Assembly (NCBI GenBank): GCA_964016885.1
Contig: OZ024751.1
Location: 51,212,001 to 51,276,000 of the forward strand
Length of the DNA stretch: 64,000 bases
Direction of reading: 5' to 3'
DNA from: Eledone cirrhosa
Lineage: Eukaryota
Shown here: piece after piece, positions 57,860 through 64,000 of the stretch
Position numbering within the stretch: the first letter of the stretch is position 1
Layout: every line of letters starts with the position of its first letter
Notes under the pieces: model-generated
Databases searched by the model: none
What the model saw: only the letters and a program-made list of their open reading frames with translations
What the model was told of the DNA's origin: nothing
Program-made: the position numbers and the translations under genes

Positions 57860-60800
57860 ATCCCTCCCACAAGCACCACCATTATTACGTGGGCCAATCA
57901 TAAGTCAGCGGCCTATGCTATCGCTTACCTGGTTGCCTTTCGATATGATGGATGGACTACGGAATTCTGGAGAGTTTGAAAAGAAAAAATCTGGACACTC
58001 AGTGACAATGCCAAAGATAAAGACAAATTCACCTCATGGACGAGAATGCAAGGACTCCTCCTCTTTGTTTCGGCCGTGGATGGCTAACATAACCCCCCCA
58101 CCCCCCACCCCCCCTGCGCCCCACCGCTCCCACCCTCCAAACGCAATCCAAAACTTCAGAGTTGGTACCATGAATGTAGGCACCTTAAAGGGTCGCTCTA
58201 ACGAGGTTGTAGAAATGCTTGAAAGTAAGGAGATTGATGTTTGTTGTATTCAAGAGACCAGGTGGGTGGGTGGGGGGGGGGGTCTGCTAGATTCATCATG
58301 GGTAAAGAACGATGCTATAAGCTTTTCTGGGTGGGAAATGACAATGGGCTGGGTGGAGTAGGAATCATGGTAGCAGAAAAGTGGGCAGATAAGATAATAG
58401 ACGTAAATAGGGTGAATGACAGAATAATTAAAATAAGACTTTTCCTCAATAGAACTACTGTGACAGTAATATCTGTGTACGCACCCCAATCCGGACTGCC
58501 CGGCACTATAAAAGACAGATTCTATGAGACACTGATGCTCACTACCTCCCAAATAACCGACGGTGACTATATAATTATTGCTGGCGACCTAAATGGTCAC
58601 GTTGGACAACATTGTGACGGCTATGACAGAATCCATGGAGGCTATGGGTTTGGTACTAGAAATGAGGAAGGCTCCAGAATCCTGGAATTCTGTGATGCAA
58701 ATATCCTAACCCTCTGTAACACTAACTTCAAAAAACGAGACAATCACTTGATCACCTATAGATCGGGGGAACACACAAGCCAGGTAGATTATATCCTTAC
58801 CAGGAGACGTGACAGAGTGTCTGTTGTAAACATTAAATCCCTCCCCCATGAAGAATGCACCTCTCAACATAGACTCATAATTAGCGACCTCATAGTCAGG
58901 ACGAGACGTATTCGACAACAGAAGAGGACTATTGTCAGGAGAAAAATATGGAAGTTAAAGGACCCCACAGCCAGTAATAAATTTAAAAGCATATTACTTG
59001 ATGCTTTTGATAGTAAGGAAGAGCAATTAGAGTCGTACAATATAGAGGAACAGTGGGAATTCCTGAAAGCTAACCTGCTGAAGGCGACAGATGAAACCTG
59101 TGGCTGGAGCAGACCTATAGGCAGGAGGAGAGTAACTTGGTGGTGGAACAGTAAGGTGGAGAGGTCAATCAAGGCCAAAAAGCAGGCTTGGATAGCATGG
59201 TGGGATGGGGGAAGTAGAGAAGACTATCAAGTGGCCAGGAGGGAAGCTAGGAGACAAGTGTACTTCGCAAGAAGGGAAGCAGAGGAAAGAAAGTTCAAGC
59301 ATGTTCTTCAACGCGAGGACCAAAAACGTGAGGTGTTCAGGATTGCTAGGCAATATGTCAAGGAAAACAGTGATATTGTCGGGGAGAAGTGTGTCCTTAA
59401 TGATGATGGTGTACTTGCCATCACTGACGCTGATAAGAAGGTAGCTTGGAAGTGTCACTACGAAAGGCTACTAAATGAGGAGAATAATTGGGAGAAAGAC
59501 AGTCTCCCCCACATCGACCCAATAGAGGGACCAGCAGTGCAAGTTGAAGGTAGTATAATAAGTAAGGCGATCAAAGACATGAAGACGGGCATGGCGGCCG
59601 GGCCTTCGGAAATAGTTGCCGAAACGCTGAAAGCATCTGGAACAGTGGGACACACTATGGACACCCGGATAGTAAACCAAGTCATACAGAATGGGTCGTT
59701 CCGAAGGACTGGCGCAGCAGCATCATCATTAACTGCTACAAGGGTAAAGGTGATGCCATAGATAGGGGAAACTATAGAGGCATTAAATTAATTGACCAGG
59801 TCATGAAGGTCACAGAAAAAGTAATAGCACAACTAATCAGAGAGCAAATTGATCTAAATGAAATGCAGTTCGGGTTTGTGTCAGGTAAAAGTACAACAGA
59901 CGCTCTTTTCATTGTACGACAACTACAGGAGAAGTACCTAGCTAAAAGATAACCCCTATACTTAGCTTTTGTTGACTTGGAGAAAGCCTTTGACAGAGTA
60001 CCCCGCTCAATTATCTGGTGAGCCCTTAGAAAACTAGGTGTTGATGAATGGCTTGTGAGAGCTATACAAGCCATGTATAAAGAAACAGTCATCAAGGTTA
60101 GAATTAACAACGAATATAGTGAAGAGTTTAGCGTAAAAGTTGGTGTTCATCAGGGCTCTGTCCTTAGCCCCTACTATTTATTATTGCCCTTCAGGCTATA
60201 ACAGAGGAGTTCAAGACCGGCTGCCCATGGGAACTCCTATATGCAGATGATCTAACGCTCATAGCTGAATCAATGGCTGAACTAGAGAAGAAATTCCAAA
60301 CATGGAAGCATGGCCTAGAATCAAAAGGCCTTAAAGTTAACTTGTCTAAGACTAAAGTTCTAGTTTGTAGGAAGGAAAATAGGGCACCGGTCCCATCTGG
60401 GAAATGGCCATGCTCAGTGTGTAGGAAAGGAGTAGGCAGAAACTCCATTTTATGTCCCAAATGCAAAGTATGGGTGCATAAAAGATGTAGTGGGATCACA
60501 GGTAAGCTAACTAAGAATATAGATTTTATATGTGGCCGGTGTTCTGGTGCAATAAGTAGCAGCAAGTGCCCACAGAATACTAACTCATTCCATTGCACAG
60601 ATGGTTCTATAGAAATAGTGGACAGCTTCCGTTACCTGGGTGACAAAATCAGCAGTGGGGCAGGGTGCTCTGAAAGTACAGTAGCTAGAGTCAGAACGGG
60701 ATGGAAAAAGTTCAGAGAGCTTATACCACTATTGGCCGCTAAAGGGTTCTCTCTAAAAATGAAAGGCAGGCTGTATGATGCCTGCATACGAACAGCAATG

Positions 60801-61658
60801 TTACATGGCAGTGAGACCTGGGCATTGTGTGCAGAGGATATACGCAGACTGGAGAGAAACGAAGCTTGCATGCTCCGCTGGATGTGTAATAGTAATATAC
60901 GTGAATGGCAAAGCATAAACGAACTAAGGGAGAAATTAGGAATAAGAGGGATCAGATGTTGTTTACTACGTTGGTACGGTCACGTGATGCGCATGAAAGA
61001 CGACAGCTGTATAAAAAAGTGCAGGGCGATAAAAATAGACTGTAGCCACGGAGTAGGCAGACCCAGAAACACCTGGGACGACTTGATAAATTCCGACCTC
61101 ACACACTTACACCTCTCCAAGACAATGTCACTGGACTGAGAACTTTGGCGCTACACAGTTATACAGAAGACCCGCCTTGCCTAAGTACAAAGCGAAACCT
61201 ACAGTCAGTAGGCACCTCTAACGAAATACACCCCCGCCCCACTACCCTCACCCCACCCACACCACCCCTTAAATGTGAAGTTATGTTGGTACCACAACAT
61301 CCAGTCCACGCTGTAATGTGGCTGTGTAGGTAACACGGTAAAAACCTCCCAGTCCACACTGAAAACGTGGTTGGTGTTAGGAAGGGCATCTAGCCGTAGA
61401 AAACCCGCCAGACGTGTAGGTGTCACGACAAAAAAACACACAGTCCACGCTGTAATGTGGCCGTGTAGGTAACACGGTAAAAACCTCCCAGTCCACACTG
61501 AAAATGTGGTTGGTGTTAGGAAGGGCATCCAGCCGTAGAAAACCCGCCAGACAGTCCTATACGAGCAAGACAACCAATCTTGCCTCAGGTGGGAAAACTC
61601 TCGTCCAATCCCATGTAAGCGTGGAAGATGGACGTTAAACGATGATGATGATGATGAT
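57860..61658 (+). mobile_element. Near-full-length RTE-clade LINE, inactivated by frameshifts and stops
   Basis: APE motifs (TMNVGTL, CIQETRW, SVYAPQ, GDLNGH, VDYIL, SQH); RT motifs (NYRGI, QFGF, FVDLEKAFD, GVHQGSVLSP, YADDL); Cys/His finger; GRPRNTW; (GAT)n tail; 5' boundary approximate. Confidence 0.95.
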
Positions 61659-61666
61659 ATATATAA

Positions 61667-61717
<51 letters not shown>

Positions 61718-61719
<2 letters not shown>

Positions 61720-61817
61720 GGAACGAGTAGGACTCCGACGGCTGAGCTCAAGCCGTTTCAACGGCTAATTCTGGACGCAAATTCTGGACGCGGTTCCTTA
61801 CCACATTTCCTTCGTTA
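61718..61817. mobile_element. Collapsed fold-back of the 590/47847 family
   Basis: Inverted arm starting ATAGGAA, joined to the last 27 nt of the tail. Confidence 0.75.
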
Positions 61818-61941
61818 TATATATATATATATACACACAAAGATTTATAAATGGGAATGGTTTTGATTAAACAAGATGATGGAAATCTCAATGTGTTGTT
61901 CTGATTGTTAATCATGAACATGAAAAATATCTGAGGTAAGG

Positions 61942-61985
<44 letters not shown>

Positions 61986-62205
61986 GTGCATACACATATG
62001 TATGTATTCAAAAGTATTAGTAAAAGAAAATTGACGGATCAAAGTTGATTAGAATAACAGATAGTTTGCCATCTGAAGGCAAATTAGAAAATAGAATGAT
62101 TGGAAAATGAGGCCGAGAAAGACATATAGAAAAAGGAAATTAAATTATTATTGGAAAGTGGAGAAGAAACAGAATAATTTATCTATTAGTAAACATATAC
62201 AACAT

Positions 62206-62236
<31 letters not shown>

Positions 62237-62551
62237 ATGTATATATGTATGTATATAAACATGTGGTAGAAGAGTAATTCTTTCATCCTGTCAACATCGT
62301 GAAGTACCAAAATGCAGTTAGTAATGCTAATATATACATAATTATTTATATGTACATATTTGTGTGTGTATATTTGAAATTTTTGTGAACAGATTTCAGA
62401 TGAAATGAAAGAATGAATTCTCTAAAATTACTATTTGCATAATGAATGACAACACAGAAACACAAATCCTCCATCACAATTTTACTTGTGAAAATCATAA
62501 GAACTGTGAAACCAACAAAGTAAATAAATATTCTTAAAAGACTCCAGTTGC

Positions 62552-62587
<36 letters not shown>

Positions 62588-62590
<3 letters not shown>

Positions 62591-63360
62591 ACTAGAAATT
62601 GATTAACATATATATAAACATGAATAATCACAGGAGATAATTTTTACAAGTGTGTAACCACACATAGCTAGGTAGGTAACTAAATAAAGTTGACTAGAAC
62701 TTCAAAAATAGATACCTTATACGGCATGACACCCATAATTTTGATTTAGATTAAATTCATTTAATTTATCTTAATTTTGGATATAGATATATAAATACGG
62801 CTCCTTAATTGTAGAGCTAACTCTGTTGAAAGGACTCGACTGCTGTTTCTAGTTGTCGATGACCCTATTCACGCCACTGGGACGAAGCTGCTGTGGTGTG
62901 TGTATTTATTTATAATAGATGCAAGACGTGGTAGTAGCCACTTGCAGATTTGAACTTGAAGTGTAAGCACGGATAGCTGGATATTTTCTTCCTTGTTGAA
63001 AATCCAAAATCTCCACTTCTGTGGTTTACCATCTGATTAATTGGTGAAATATATTTCTTTAATGGAATATATACAGGGAAGGTTAATCATATTATAAGGT
63101 ATCTATTTTTGAAGTTCTAGTCAACTTTATTTAGTTACCTACCTAGCTATGTGTGGTTACACACTTGTAAAAATTATCTCCTGTGATTATTCATGTTTAT
63201 ATATATGTTAATCAATTTCTAGTTATTATAAAATGCTCAGACCTACTTGTTAGAATCTTAGAGCTTATTTTCCGGGTGATATGGCGCATGCCTTTCCGGC
63301 ATGACATCCATAATTTTGATTTAGATTAAATTCATTTAATTTATCTTAATTTTGGATATA
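62588..63360 (+). mobile_element. Non-coding PLE-type element: inverted 5' piece plus partial tandem of an about 575-bp unit
   Basis: 62588-62721 is the reverse complement of 63093-63226; 62722-62785 is repeated directly at 63297-63360. Confidence 0.85.
62989..63080 (+). ncRNA. Hammerhead motif, U3-A8 core variant
   Basis: TTCCTTG-TTGAAAA-tCCAA...TTGGt-GAAA-TATATT..AATATA-TA-CAGGGAA. Confidence 0.65.
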
Positions 63361-63469
63361 TATATATATATATAAGATCTCAACACTACCTATGATTTCA
63401 AACTTCAACCAATATAAGCCATAGACATTCTATGTTTGCTAGTTTAGTTATCTTCATGTAGAACCAAAA

Positions 63470-63636
63470 TGGCTACGGTAGAGGGTCGAACACCATGATT
63501 TCCAGCATAGTTACGGTCTGAGTTCAAATCCCGTCGAGGTTAACTTTGCCTTTCATCCTTACGGGGTCGATAAAATAAAGTACCAGTAATGAACTGGTTA
63601 ACTGCTGGCCTTGTGCCAAAAGTAGAAACAATTATT
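63470..63636 (+). mobile_element. SINE family A
   Basis: B-box plus central domain. Confidence 0.85.
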
Positions 63637-64000
63637 TCATAGATGAAATCTTGTCAGATATAAAGGCAGTGACATGCATTTTTGTTGAGATCTTATTCTA
63701 ATATATGTTTTTACTCTGTACATTGCATATACCCTTTTTTCTTGATCTATTTCTTCAGAAACTCTTGGCTATATAATATAATGAAAATAAAAAAATAAAA
63801 ATAAAAAAAAATATATACACACAGACACACATATATATATGTATATATATATGCATAAACAGCAACAGACACACATATATGTGTAAGAAGAGTCTTTAGA
63901 ATCTTTAGTAGAAACAAGTGAGCATTAACATTTATTGTTCATAAAATCTGAAACTACAGGACATAGAGATGTAAAACTAAGGAAATAGCAGGTAAAGATA

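Overview
This is an AT-rich, gene-poor eukaryotic window, most likely from a cephalopod such as Octopus (inferred from the SINE types, the RTE LINE and the very long (TA)n tracts). I see no supportable host gene; most long ORFs in the track are microsatellite translations. The window is dominated by Penelope-like elements (PLEs; reverse transcriptase plus GIY-YIG endonuclease) and non-coding derivatives. Almost all sit in (TA)n tracts, many are arranged as fold-back (inverted) structures, and most carry type I hammerhead ribozyme (HHR) motifs: about 20 motif copies from about 11 sequence families, folded by eye. Main highlights: (1) a 6.7-kb head-to-head palindrome of a near-complete PLE whose ORF1/RT-EN overlap contains a U_UUU_UUA -1 frameshift site; (2) a 466-469-bp HHR-containing tandem unit (retrozyme-like) at two loci, with a compensatory change in helix II; (3) a 259-bp tRNA-headed unit with the same fold-back layout. 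Also present: a near-full-length decayed RTE LINE, several tRNA-derived SINE families, mariner/pogo/hAT DNA-transposon remnants and minisatellites. Coordinates were counted by hand (expect a few nt of error). RNA folds and clade names are by-eye and from memory, not computed.
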